A stretch of DNA of 64,000 bases, taken from NCBI GenBank assembly GCA_963818475.1, contig CAWFSF010000006.1, forward strand, positions 704,001 to 768,000, in the 5' to 3' direction. Both the position numbers and the translations under genes were made by a program. Under the pieces are notes generated by a model. The model made no database searches. It saw only the letters and a list, made by a program, of their open reading frames with translations, and was not told the origin of the DNA. The stretch comes from Nitrospirota bacterium (GTDB lineage Bacteria; Nitrospirota; UBA9217). Below, piece by piece: positions 20,877-30,048 of the stretch; the stretch's first letter is position 1; every line of letters starts with the position of its first letter.

Positions 20877-21554
20877 ATGAAACGCATTCTTGTCGCTATT
20901 TCTGCAGTAGTGCTGGTGATCGTCATGAACGGAACTGTTTTTGCCGTCGAACGTACGGGGTTCGAAGCAGGAATCAAAATGTGGTTCAACGACTGGACCC
21001 ACGATGACCCCCTCTTCGGGAGCGTTACCTCGGACATTGCCGTGCTTATCGGCCCCGCGATCAAAGCGGACCTCGGGAGTGCTTTTGTAGAAGCGTCGTA
21101 CCTTGCTGCCGGTTCGAATTACCGGTTCTCCGATCCGGCCGTTGTCGGCAATACGGAACGGCAGGATGTTGATCTCGCGGCCGGCTACAGTATCGTTCCT
21201 GAGTTCAGCCTGCTGGCCGGGTACAAGAATTCCGAGTTCAAAAACCACACTACGTCGACAAAGGCCACGGTGTACGGGCCGTTCATCGGTGTGCGCGCGG
21301 ACCTGCCCATGGACCCGTACCTCGCGTTTTATATCGGGTCGAACTATCTTTTTACCCGATATAAAGATGAGGGACCATCCGGCGATTTTCGTGAAGACAG
21401 CCCGGGATGGATCTTCGAGTTGGGGTTCAAGTTTTCCATTACCAGGGAATTCCGGGGCTCGTTCGGGTATAAATACGAAACGAATACCGGAAATGATTCG
21501 AACGTGCAGGATTCATTTTCCGGTATCACGCTCAGCGGCATGGTCGTTTTTTAA
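20877..21554 (+). CDS. Outer-membrane beta-barrel protein
   Basis: Signal peptide, alternating aromatic/Gly strands, C-terminal Phe. Confidence 0.7.
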   Translation: MKRILVAISAVVLVIVMNGTVFAVERTGFEAGIKMWFNDWTHDDPLFGSVTSDIAVLIGPAIKADLGSAFVEASYLAAGSNYRFSDPAVVGNTERQDVDLAAGYSIVPEFSLLAGYKNSEFKNHTTSTKATVYGPFIGVRADLPMDPYLAFYIGSNYLFTRYKDEGPSGDFREDSPGWIFELGFKFSITREFRGSFGYKYETNTGNDSNVQDSFSGITLSGMVVF

Positions 21555-21709
21555 AGAAGAACGGCTGAGGGCGCAGGTTTTCTGCAGCTCCCGAGCTGCC
21601 CATTATCTTTTGCATTCGAAGCACTTGGCGGGAATTCTCGTTGAAGGTCATGCATTTGCCGGTCGCTGTTAATCTTCTTTTCCGGCCCACTGCAGGCCCG
21701 GGAGGCCAT

Positions 21710-22810
21710 GTGGAGAGCGTACAAAAGGACACTGCGTCGATCGAATATGTGAGAGTGCAGAACTACCTGAACACCGAGCTCTGGATCACGAAGTCCCGGT
21801 GGATCGTTCTGGCATTCCTGTTCCTGTATCAGAATGTGCTCCGGCTCGCGGACTGGCCCCGCGGGCTGGGCAACACACTCCTCCTGATCGCCGCTCTGTA
21901 CAACGGCGCGATCGGTCTGTACATCAGAAAAACGAATTTTTTTTCGATCAAGCTGATACTGCTTTTTCTCTATCTCGACATGCTGGCTGTTGCCGTGGGC
22001 CTGTTTTTCACCGGAGGCGTGGCCAGTCCTTTCCTCTTTATCTGGTATCTGACCCTTTTTGCAACCGGGATCCGTTTCGGGTTCAGGCAGTCCCTCCTGC
22101 TCCTGGTCCCCATGTCTTCATGCTATGCTTATCTCGTGCATCGGGACATGGGTTTCGCAAGCCCTGATTCCGTCAACCGGCTGCTGCTGGGTTTAAGTTC
22201 ATTGCTTGCGGCTTCGGTGTACGGGACCATCTTTTCCCAGGGCGAACGCTTCACCATGAAGGTCATGGAGGATTTTCGCATGGCCTCGATCATAGACAAG
22301 CTCACCGGGCTTTACAATTACGGCTACTTCATGGACAGGCTCAAGCACGAACACTTCCGGACCGACCGGACCAAATCGAATTTTTCGATCATCATTTTCG
22401 ATCTCGATCGTTTCAAACAGGTAAATGACACCTATGGCCATGAAAAGGGGAACGTCCTGTTGAAGGCTGTTGCCGGGATCCTCACGACGAACGCGCGCGG
22501 CATGGACACGGTGGCGCGGTACGGGGGCGAGGAATTTGTTATCCTGATGCCGGACAGCAGGGGCGCGGAGCATGAAATGGCCGAGCGCATCAGGAAGAAG
22601 GTCGAGGAAACGGAGTTTAACGGGATCGCAGAGGGCCCGCTCAGGATAACGATCAGCGCAGGCATCTGCACCTATCCCAATGACGCCAGCTCCGGCGCCG
22701 ATGTTCTCGTCAATGCCGACAGGGCGCTTTATGCCGCAAAAACAGGCGGAAGGAACAGGACGCGCTCGTGCCGTGAAATTAAGGAATCTTTAAAGAACGG
22801 GACTGCGTGA
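21710..22810 (+). CDS. Membrane-bound diguanylate cyclase
   Basis: 5-6 TM helices then D.LTGLYN, DLD.FK.VNDTYGH..G, RxxD I-site (RGMD) and GGEEF; start uncertain. Confidence 0.9.
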   Translation: MESVQKDTASIEYVRVQNYLNTELWITKSRWIVLAFLFLYQNVLRLADWPRGLGNTLLLIAALYNGAIGLYIRKTNFFSIKLILLFLYLDMLAVAVGLFFTGGVASPFLFIWYLTLFATGIRFGFRQSLLLLVPMSSCYAYLVHRDMGFASPDSVNRLLLGLSSLLAASVYGTIFSQGERFTMKVMEDFRMASIIDKLTGLYNYGYFMDRLKHEHFRTDRTKSNFSIIIFDLDRFKQVNDTYGHEKGNVLLKAVAGILTTNARGMDTVARYGGEEFVILMPDSRGAEHEMAERIRKKVEETEFNGIAEGPLRITISAGICTYPNDASSGADVLVNADRALYAAKTGGRNRTRSCREIKESLKNGTA

Positions 22811-22863
22811 AGACGATGACCTCAAAGCAGCGGTCCCGCGCTTCCGCGGTCACGCAAACCGAT

Positions 22864-23559
22864 CTAGAGCGAGCTGATGATCTTGTCCATTGAGGTATTG
22901 AACGATTCCCGCCACTCTTTGATCGATTCCTTATTGACCGCTTTAATGCCGCCGGCGCCCAGCGTTTTCTTGCCGACCGTATCGACCCTTTCCTTGATCA
23001 CCTGTTTTCCGCTGCGGTCCCATGCGGTGAAGACGTTCTTCGTGATCGCCTTCGTCGTGGGGACAAAGCTCCCGGTTTTCGCGCTCCATTCGGAAAAGAT
23101 CAGGACAACGGCATCGACGTTCAATGCTTTGCAGAGCTGTTTGGCCTTTTGTGGTTCTAACTTCCCGCCCTTGATCTCTTTGCTCACCTCGGTAAAGACC
23201 GGCATATCCCTGCCATTGACCTTCGGCACGAACACGGTCAGTGTTTTAGGAACGCCTGCGTTTCGGTAGGCGGCGTTATCGATAAAACCGGACACCTTGG
23301 TTACTGTCCACTTTTTGCCGAGCTTTTTTTCAGCGTCATTCAGCATCCCGGTGACCGTACCTCTTATCAGTTCATGCACTGATGTGCTGCCGACACTGCC
23401 GGCCCGCACCGAACCGGCCACGTCGCTTACGGTGAACGAAACGATAGCAACCTTTTTTATCGACGCTCCTTCTCCAGACAAAGCGGTTGAACTTGAAACA
23501 AAAACGGCCGCCATCGCAAGCATGAATACGAGCGCCAGCTTAACACTGTTTCTTTGCAT
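22864..23559 (-). CDS. Exported hypothetical protein (KKVAIVSF/CsgG-like fold possible)
   Basis: RBS aggag, signal peptide, IKKVAIV and L.VDAV motifs. Confidence 0.6.
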   Translation of the reverse strand: MQRNSVKLALVFMLAMAAVFVSSSTALSGEGASIKKVAIVSFTVSDVAGSVRAGSVGSTSVHELIRGTVTGMLNDAEKKLGKKWTVTKVSGFIDNAAYRNAGVPKTLTVFVPKVNGRDMPVFTEVSKEIKGGKLEPQKAKQLCKALNVDAVVLIFSEWSAKTGSFVPTTKAITKNVFTAWDRSGKQVIKERVDTVGKKTLGAGGIKAVNKESIKEWRESFNTSMDKIISSL

Positions 23560-23825
23560 GTTGTCTCCTTTTTGAAAATTGATCAAGCCAGGTTGGCGAC
23601 ATTGCCGCGGAAGTTATTGAGAACAAAAGAGTGTACTATTTTGTTGCGAAACTGGCAAGAGTAAAAAACGAAAACGGGGCGTATGAAAATCCCGCTTTTT
23701 TGTCATAATACCGAACTCCAAAATACCCCTTTGAAGCCCTTGATTAATTCGCAAATATATAGTACTTTAGTCGCACCGGATCGAGTCTGTCATTCTTTAA
23801 ATCACTGTTCCAAAGGGGGGGAATA

Positions 23826-24722
23826 ATGCTGAAAAGACTTTCTGTAATGCTGGCGGGTATGCTCGTCGCAGTATTCTGTTCGATGGCGCATGCAACAGAA
23901 CCGCAGCCGGGTATGACCGCCGCGGAGTTCGAAGCTTCACTGAAGTATCAAAAGGGGGACATCGTTCTGCCCGGCGGCATGGCAACGCTCAAGATCCCCG
24001 ATTCCTTCCGCTACCTGGATCCGAAGGACACCGAGCAGGTCCTTGTTCAGTCGTGGGGAAATCCGTCAGGCGAAGGGACGCTGGGCATGCTTCTTCCCGC
24101 AAACCTAAGCGCGACCGCCGATAACAGCTGGGGCGTCATAATCACCTATGAAGAGGACGGCTACGTTTCGGACAAGGATGCGGACAGCATTAATTATGAC
24201 GACTTGCTGAAGGAAATGAAAGAAGACATTGCAGACAGCAACAAGGAGCGGCAGAAGGAGGGATACCAGAGCATCGATCTCGCGGGATGGGCGGCAACGC
24301 CGTACTACGACAAGGAGACGCACAAGTTGTACTGGGCCAAGGAACTGGCCTTCGGCGGAGAAAAAAACCATACGCTGAACTACAATATCCGGGTACTCGG
24401 GAGGAAGGGGGTGCTCGTCCTGAATGCCGTCTCCGGGATGAGCCAGCTGGACACCGTGAAAAAAGAGATGCAGCAGGTGCTGGCCTTCACTGATTTTAAT
24501 TCCGGGTTCCGCTATGCGGACTACGATTCCAAAACCGACAAAACGGCGGCCTACGGCATCGCCGCGCTCGTGGCCGGAGGCGTTGCAGCCAAGGCCGGGT
24601 TGTTCGCGAAGTTGTTCGCGGTCCTGATTGCGGCCAAGAAACTGCTTATTGCCGGCGTGATCGCGCTGGGCGCCTTGATCGCAAAGTTGTTCAAGAAAAA
24701 GAACGAGGCTGCGGGAGCATAG
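23826..24722 (+). CDS. DUF2167-family membrane-anchored protein
   Basis: GYVSD.DA..INYDDLL, GWA..P.YD...HKLYWAKEL, LNYN.RVLGR.GV, DK.AAYG.AALVAG. Confidence 0.9.
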   Translation: MLKRLSVMLAGMLVAVFCSMAHATEPQPGMTAAEFEASLKYQKGDIVLPGGMATLKIPDSFRYLDPKDTEQVLVQSWGNPSGEGTLGMLLPANLSATADNSWGVIITYEEDGYVSDKDADSINYDDLLKEMKEDIADSNKERQKEGYQSIDLAGWAATPYYDKETHKLYWAKELAFGGEKNHTLNYNIRVLGRKGVLVLNAVSGMSQLDTVKKEMQQVLAFTDFNSGFRYADYDSKTDKTAAYGIAALVAGGVAAKAGLFAKLFAVLIAAKKLLIAGVIALGALIAKLFKKKNEAAGA

Positions 24723-24779
24723 AACTCCAGGAAGATCGCAACAATTTGCCAATAACCCGTGAACAAGGAGGAACAGGAA

Positions 24780-25235
24780 ATGGATAAGACAGAGAAGCAG
24801 AACCTTGCTTTGGGACTTGCCGCAGGCGTTGCCGCCGCGATCATAGGCGCCGTGCTCTGGGCCTTGATCACTGTAGCGGCCGAATACCAGATAGGCTGGA
24901 TGGCGGTCGGCGTTGGCCTTCTGGTCGGGTATGCGGTGAGGACTTTCGGAAAGGGCGTTGACAGCGTGTTCGGCATATCCGGTGCAGTCATCGCGCTGCT
25001 CGGCTGTATTGCCGGAAATTTCCTGACCGTCGTCATATTGGTTTCACGCCAGGAACACCTGGGAGTGATGGCAGTGTTCTCCCGCCTGACCCCCGGCATC
25101 GCTGTCGATCTTCTGAAAGAGACCTTTCAACCGATGGACCTGCTGTTCTACGGCATCGCCGTATATGAAGCCTACAAATTCTCTTTCGAGCCGGCGGCCG
25201 GGGAAGCGCCCGTGCCGCTCAAGCAGGCCGAGTGA
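24780..25235 (+). CDS. Small membrane protein
   Basis: Four hydrophobic Gly/Ala-rich segments; DLLFYGIAVYEAYK. Confidence 0.7.
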   Translation: MDKTEKQNLALGLAAGVAAAIIGAVLWALITVAAEYQIGWMAVGVGLLVGYAVRTFGKGVDSVFGISGAVIALLGCIAGNFLTVVILVSRQEHLGVMAVFSRLTPGIAVDLLKETFQPMDLLFYGIAVYEAYKFSFEPAAGEAPVPLKQAE

Positions 25236-25287
25236 GGTTCGGAGCGAATGCTGTCAGGGTAAGGAGCCTTTCTGTGTGGGGAACCCT

Positions 25288-26139
25288 ATGAGCAGGGACG
25301 AAGAATATATGCAGCCGGAAGGGGCGGGAGAGGAAGCAGTATCAGTGCCCGAAGCCGCCTCCGAAGGACCGAACGCAAAGACGAAGCGTTCCGGCATCAT
25401 GGCAGCCCTTGCCGTGGCCGGAACGCTTCTCTTGAAATTTTTGAAGCCGCTCCTGATCGGACTGAAAGCCCTCAAGGCCGGCGCCATACTCAAGACCGGC
25501 CTGACCATGGTCTTAAGCATGTGGGCTTACGCGATGGCCTGGGGCTGGGCCTACGGCGCCGCTTTCGTGCTTCTGATCTTCGTGCACGAGATGGGCCATG
25601 TGTATGCGCTCAGGCATTTCGGGATCCGCGCAAGCGTGCCCATCTTCATTCCCTTTGTGGGCGCCTTTGTCGCCATGAAGGAGATGCCGAAGAATGTGAG
25701 CATCGAAGCATGGACGGGCATTGCAGGACCCATCGTCGGCACCGGAGGGGCCATGCTCTGCTGGTCCGCGGCCCTCTATACCGGGAGCTCCTTCTGGATG
25801 GCGGTAGCCTACACGGGATTCTTCCTCAACCTCTTCAACCTTATCCCCATCAGCCCCCTGGACGGGGGAAGGACCGTGGCCGCCATATCGCCGAAGCTCT
25901 GGGTCCTCGGCTTCATCGGTATCCTTATCCTGTTCTTTCGGTCCTTTAATCCCATCTTGTTCTTCATCCTGCTTCCCGCCGGGCGCAATGTGTATGAGCT
26001 CTGGAAAAACAGGCATGAAGCTCCGCAGGAATACTACGAGGTAGACCGCAAAACAAAGGTCCAGATCTCGCTTCTTTATTTCGGCCTCCTGGCCTTTCTG
26101 GCCCTCGCGATGTCGCTGACGCATGTGAAGAGATACTAA
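25288..26139 (+). CDS. Site-2 protease (peptidase M50)
   Basis: HEMGH, AGP, NLFNLIP.SPLDGG. Confidence 0.9.
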   Translation: MSRDEEYMQPEGAGEEAVSVPEAASEGPNAKTKRSGIMAALAVAGTLLLKFLKPLLIGLKALKAGAILKTGLTMVLSMWAYAMAWGWAYGAAFVLLIFVHEMGHVYALRHFGIRASVPIFIPFVGAFVAMKEMPKNVSIEAWTGIAGPIVGTGGAMLCWSAALYTGSSFWMAVAYTGFFLNLFNLIPISPLDGGRTVAAISPKLWVLGFIGILILFFRSFNPILFFILLPAGRNVYELWKNRHEAPQEYYEVDRKTKVQISLLYFGLLAFLALAMSLTHVKRY

Positions 26140-26261
26140 TCCAAACGAATTAAATATTATTACATCCAGGAAAGTCCCCCCTCGCCCTACCCTCTCCCCG
26201 CCGGGGAGAGGACAAAGGTGAGGGGCAAAATCAGTAACGAATCTAAATGCGTTTGTATTAG
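26136..26261. mobile_element. MITE family A, copy 3 (inverted), overlapping the M50 stop codon
   Basis: Reverse complement of 2255-2373 with both TIRs. Confidence 0.8.
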
Positions 26262-26432
26262 CTCTCCCGCTGTTGAAAAAGCTGCTGCCCGTTCTTTCTG
26301 TCGAGCAGGAGTGAACCTTTAGCGCACAGCTGCCGAGATACCCCGTTTTTAATCTTTACTTCGCGACAAGACATCTATAAACTCATATCCTATATAGTTC
26401 ACTAAAAAAACATCAGCACGTCCGGGGTATAC

Positions 26433-27527
26433 ATGGATCCCATCGATCAAAAAGTGAAGGCACTGGAAGCATTCATCGAGAAGAAGGAGCGGCTCAAGAA
26501 GACCACTCCGCTTCAGTATCTCTTCTGGGAAGCCACGCTTCGGTGCAACCTGGGATGTCTGCATTGCGGCAGTGATTGCGTGAAGAACGATGCGGCGCAG
26601 GATGCGGAGCTGGACGGAGAAGCAATAAAGCGGGAACTCCGTGCCATTGCGACGGACTATCGGCCCGAAACTGTCACCTTCGCGATCATCGGGGGAGAAC
26701 CGCTGGTACGCGAGGACATCATCGGCGTCGGGGCCTATGCGGCGGAACTCGGGTTCAACTGGGGGATCACCACGAACGGCATGCTGCTTACTGCCGACAT
26801 GGTCAAGCGGCTCAAGGACGCAAAACTCGCGACGATCTCCGTGAGCCTCGATGGGATCGAGGCAGACCATGATGCCTTGCGGAACTGCAAAGGGGCCCAC
26901 AAGGTCGTGACTGATGCCATCCGGCGTCTTCTTGCAGACCGGTTTTTCCGAACCTTCGACGTGATCTGCTGCGTGAGCAAGATCAATATCGACCATCTCG
27001 ATGCTTTTGTGGACGAAGCGGTGCGTATCGGAATTCCGGCCGTGCGCTTTACCCCGGTGTTCTCACGTGGCAGGGCCTCGAAGAACAGTTCCCTGATGCT
27101 GGATAAGTCCGATTATCTCAGGATGCTGGATTTTATCAAGCAGCAGCGGGAGAAGCAAAAGAACATACAGGTCTATCTCAGCGAAGAAGGCTATTGGGGG
27201 CCGGAATGGGAGTGCGTGATCAGGGACGAATTCCATTACTGCGCCTCGGGGATCCAGATCGGAAGCATCCTGCATGACGGCAAGGTCACAGGGTGCCCCA
27301 GCGTGTCGCGTCAATTCATCGAGGGCACGATCTTGGAGTCTGCCTTCGTCGATATCTGGAAGGGCCAATTCGGTCGGTACCGGCAGGACCGGGAAAAAAC
27401 CTTTTCACTGAAGTGCTCCGGCTGCGAGCACTGGGTCCTGTGCGAAGGCGGCGGTTTTCATCTGCTGGACCAGGAGAATACTTCGGAGAGTTTCTGCTGT
27501 CTTGAAAAAATCGGCACGAGGAGATGA
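26433..27527 (+). CDS. Radical SAM/SPASM protein maturase (rSAM-lipoprotein system/splicease-like)
   Basis: LFWEATLRCNLGCLHCGSDC (CxxxCxxC), GGEPL, SVSLDG, SPASM C.SG....SI..DG.V.GCPS and C..C.....CEGGG.H; ATGA overlap with the next gene. Confidence 0.9.
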   Translation: MDPIDQKVKALEAFIEKKERLKKTTPLQYLFWEATLRCNLGCLHCGSDCVKNDAAQDAELDGEAIKRELRAIATDYRPETVTFAIIGGEPLVREDIIGVGAYAAELGFNWGITTNGMLLTADMVKRLKDAKLATISVSLDGIEADHDALRNCKGAHKVVTDAIRRLLADRFFRTFDVICCVSKINIDHLDAFVDEAVRIGIPAVRFTPVFSRGRASKNSSLMLDKSDYLRMLDFIKQQREKQKNIQVYLSEEGYWGPEWECVIRDEFHYCASGIQIGSILHDGKVTGCPSVSRQFIEGTILESAFVDIWKGQFGRYRQDREKTFSLKCSGCEHWVLCEGGGFHLLDQENTSESFCCLEKIGTRR

Positions 27528-28054
27528 AAGCAATGGGCAGAAATGAATATTCCAGGAGAGAATTTCTGAAAACATTCGCAATGCTATCCTCTGCATCGGT
27601 CATAGGGCTGAGCTTCGGATGCGCTGAGCCACAAGACGGAGCACTCTATGGTCCGGCAGCACTCTATGGTCCAGTAGCACTCTATGGCCCACCGCCCGTG
27701 AACTTAGTTCATCCCGAGGTCACCGCGATCTACTTCATCGACGATCAATCAACGAGAATTCTTCTGCAGAATAACCAGAACGTGCCCGTCCAGGTCGTCT
27801 GCCGCATCGATTTCAGCAAGTCCATGAATACAACAATGCCGGTCACGATCAGTTTTACCGATCCCGCTGAGAATGCAGTCCCGATTTCTCAAGCATGGGC
27901 GAATGACCTGACCTTGATCGTAACGCCAACATCGCAGCTTCTGTTCAATTCAGCATATGCCTTGTCCGTAGGAAATGATGCGGAGGACATTTACGGCAAC
28001 AAGATCACGTTGACTGTGGATGCAACGGTATCGTTCAGGACCGTCAGCGCATAG
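27524..28054 (+). CDS. Tat lipoprotein with (ALYGPx)x3 repeat and SbsA/Big_5-like Ig domain
   Basis: SRREFLK, LSFGC lipobox, GALYGPAALYGPVALYGPPP; VPV....IDFSKSMN...LIVTP...L.FNS.Y.L.V...AED.YGN...FRT. Confidence 0.8.
   Translation: MKAMGRNEYSRREFLKTFAMLSSASVIGLSFGCAEPQDGALYGPAALYGPVALYGPPPVNLVHPEVTAIYFIDDQSTRILLQNNQNVPVQVVCRIDFSKSMNTTMPVTISFTDPAENAVPISQAWANDLTLIVTPTSQLLFNSAYALSVGNDAEDIYGNKITLTVDATVSFRTVSA
27641..27694 (+). repeat. 18-bp tandem repeat x3 encoding ALYGPx
   Basis: GCACTCTATGGTCCGGCA / GCACTCTATGGTCCAGTA / GCACTCTATGGCCCACCG. Confidence 0.9.
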
Positions 28055-28059
28055 TATTT

Positions 28060-28584
28060 GGGTCTTCTGGGTTTGATGTGGGCCGTTTTTATTCTGTTTG
28101 CATCCTTAAGAGGATGAGGTATGCTTTTTTGCACATCCCCTTCGCGTCCTTAATGAAATTTTTGACCTGTCTAAGGCCACATCCGCTCGACCGCGCAAAC
28201 TCGGCCTGCGGCCTCAGACAGTGCGCGTTCGCCCTTTGGGACGCTGCCTTAGGCCAAGACAGGTGCCCAAAAATTTCATAGGTCCGCTCCGGGGACGTGC
28301 GGAGTTTGGGTAAAGATTAGAATCAAAGGTTCTTGGTGTTCCCATGCGAAAATTTAGCCAGGCGACCGAGTCCGAGGGTGAAGCATTTCGGACTGTCTGA
28401 GCCCGCAGGGCGAGTTTCCGAAATGTACCGAGGACGACCGAGCCTGGCGTAAAGAATTTTCGCCGGGTGCCCTTCTTTGGGTCACCTTGCTTGGGCACGC
28501 AAGAAAGGTGACGAAAAAAGCTTGTTAAATAAAATACATCAGCACGTTTACAGTTTACCGACCCACACAAAAGTCAGAAGACCC
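28060..28584. mobile_element. ISL3-ended structured MITE family B, complete copy B
   Basis: TIRs GGGTCTTCTGGGTTTGATGTGGGCCG / CGACCCACACAAAAGTCAGAAGACCC; perfect 8-bp direct repeat TAGTATTT at 28052-28059 and 28585-28592. Confidence 0.88.
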
Positions 28585-28607
28585 TAGTATTTAAAGAGGG
28601 GGGCACG

Positions 28608-29063
28608 ATGATGCAAGATGATTGTTCGCGCAGGGATTTTCTGAAGAAGTTCGCTTTGTTATCCGCCGGGACGTTCGTGCTCGGCGCGACGACCATGGCT
28701 TGCTACGGCCCTATGGGACCGCAGCCTTCGTCTATCGCTACGGTCAGCGGCATGTACTTTCTTGATGCCTCATCGAATTTGCAGCTCCTCAGAAATAGTC
28801 AGGAAGTGCCGGTGGATACGACATTTAAAATTCACTTCTTCAATCAAATGAATACGACTGTAGACGCGACTGTCGAATTTACCGATCAGAACGCCGTTCC
28901 CTTTGGTCAGGCCTGGGACAGCGACTTCATCTTGAGCGTGGCCCCCTCATCGTATCTATTGAACGCTACGGAGTATCGGCTTATCGTGCTGGACGCTGAA
29001 AGCAAAACAGGCGAAAAAATTAACCTGGCTGGCGACGCGGAAGCGACATTCAAAACGGTGTAG
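28608..29063 (+). CDS. Second Tat lipoprotein with CYGP motif and Ig-like domain (paralog of 27524-28054)
   Basis: SRRDFLK, TMAC-YGP; aligned V..MYFLD....QLL.N.Q.VPV...I.F...MNTT...VPF.QAW..D..L.V.P...FKTV. Confidence 0.8.
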   Translation: MMQDDCSRRDFLKKFALLSAGTFVLGATTMACYGPMGPQPSSIATVSGMYFLDASSNLQLLRNSQEVPVDTTFKIHFFNQMNTTVDATVEFTDQNAVPFGQAWDSDFILSVAPSSYLLNATEYRLIVLDAESKTGEKINLAGDAEATFKTV

Positions 29064-29121
29064 CACGATGAAAACTCGAAGGTAGTCAGCAGGCAAAAAT
29101 GTGTACTGAGCCGGTAATACT

Positions 29122-29907
29122 ATGGAGGATAAAAAAATTACGGAAGCCGTGACCATTTTCAGACGAATGGCTATTGCGATCATTCTGGCGGCCCTCCTGG
29201 CCGGCTGCGCAATCGGACCAGTGACCTCAAAAGACTGGGCAGGCAAGGGGTATTCGCGTTTAAAAGCCGGCGACTACGAGGGTTCGATAGACGCCTACAG
29301 CAAATCGATAGAGCTGGATCCCAGCCACGCCGTGACGTATCAAAATCGAGGGGTCAGTTATTCCCGGTTGGGCGACCAGCAGCGGGCGCTCGCTGATTTC
29401 AAAAAGGTCTTGTCGATGAACGACCAGAAGGTGCCGCTCCGTGACACCTATCGTGAAATGGGTGTTGCCTATTACCGGATGGGCAGTATTGATGACGCCG
29501 TTGCCTCCTGGAAGAAAGGCCTGAAAAAGGCGCCCTCCGATGCCGGCGTGCTCAATAACATCGCCGTCGCCTATCTGCAGCAGAAACGGTACGGAGAGGC
29601 GGCTTCAGCCGCGCAGGAGGCGTTTGCTGCAGATCCCTCGATGCCGGAAGTCCTGAATACCATGGGCCAGGTTTCAATGGAAAAAAAGGACTATGATGCA
29701 GCCGCGAAGTATTTCATGCAGTCGATCAAACGGAATCCGAAAGATCCGTCCCAATACTGGAATGCCGCCCTGGCCTTCGAAAAGATGAAGCAATACAAGA
29801 AGGCCTTAAAATACGCGACAAAGTACTCGGAAGTGGTAACGGACGCCGCCTCCCGGGAGAGGGCATCTGCCTATATAGAAGGCCTGCAGAAGATGACGGA
29901 CAGATGA
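29122..29907 (+). CDS. TPR-repeat lipoprotein
   Basis: LLAGC lipobox; multiple TPR motifs (YSKSIELDP...YQNRG..Y). Confidence 0.85.
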   Translation: MEDKKITEAVTIFRRMAIAIILAALLAGCAIGPVTSKDWAGKGYSRLKAGDYEGSIDAYSKSIELDPSHAVTYQNRGVSYSRLGDQQRALADFKKVLSMNDQKVPLRDTYREMGVAYYRMGSIDDAVASWKKGLKKAPSDAGVLNNIAVAYLQQKRYGEAASAAQEAFAADPSMPEVLNTMGQVSMEKKDYDAAAKYFMQSIKRNPKDPSQYWNAALAFEKMKQYKKALKYATKYSEVVTDAASRERASAYIEGLQKMTDR

Positions 29908-30048
29908 AGCGGGTCTGATGCAGTCTGCCACGTCTTGTCGCGGATGAATGCCCGATTCTGTTGCACTTTCCCTTGTCGTTGTATAAAATGGTTGGGCGTA
30001 CTCCTAAAACGCGTTGAGCTTAAATGTAACAATTGAAGATCGACTCCT

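Noticed and set aside
26408-26419. ACATCAGCACGT shared upstream of the rSAM gene and at 28536-28547
   Set aside because: Only 12 bp and the second copy lies within the MITE; may be chance
27987-27998. Fourth YG (DIYGN) as a splice site in lipoprotein 1
   Set aside because: It falls in the structural D-x-x-GN motif of the Ig domain and is absent in the paralog
28078-28570. ORFs inside MITE family B (also 9152-9361, 45205-45540)
   Set aside because: Frames are not conserved between copies, whereas base pairing is
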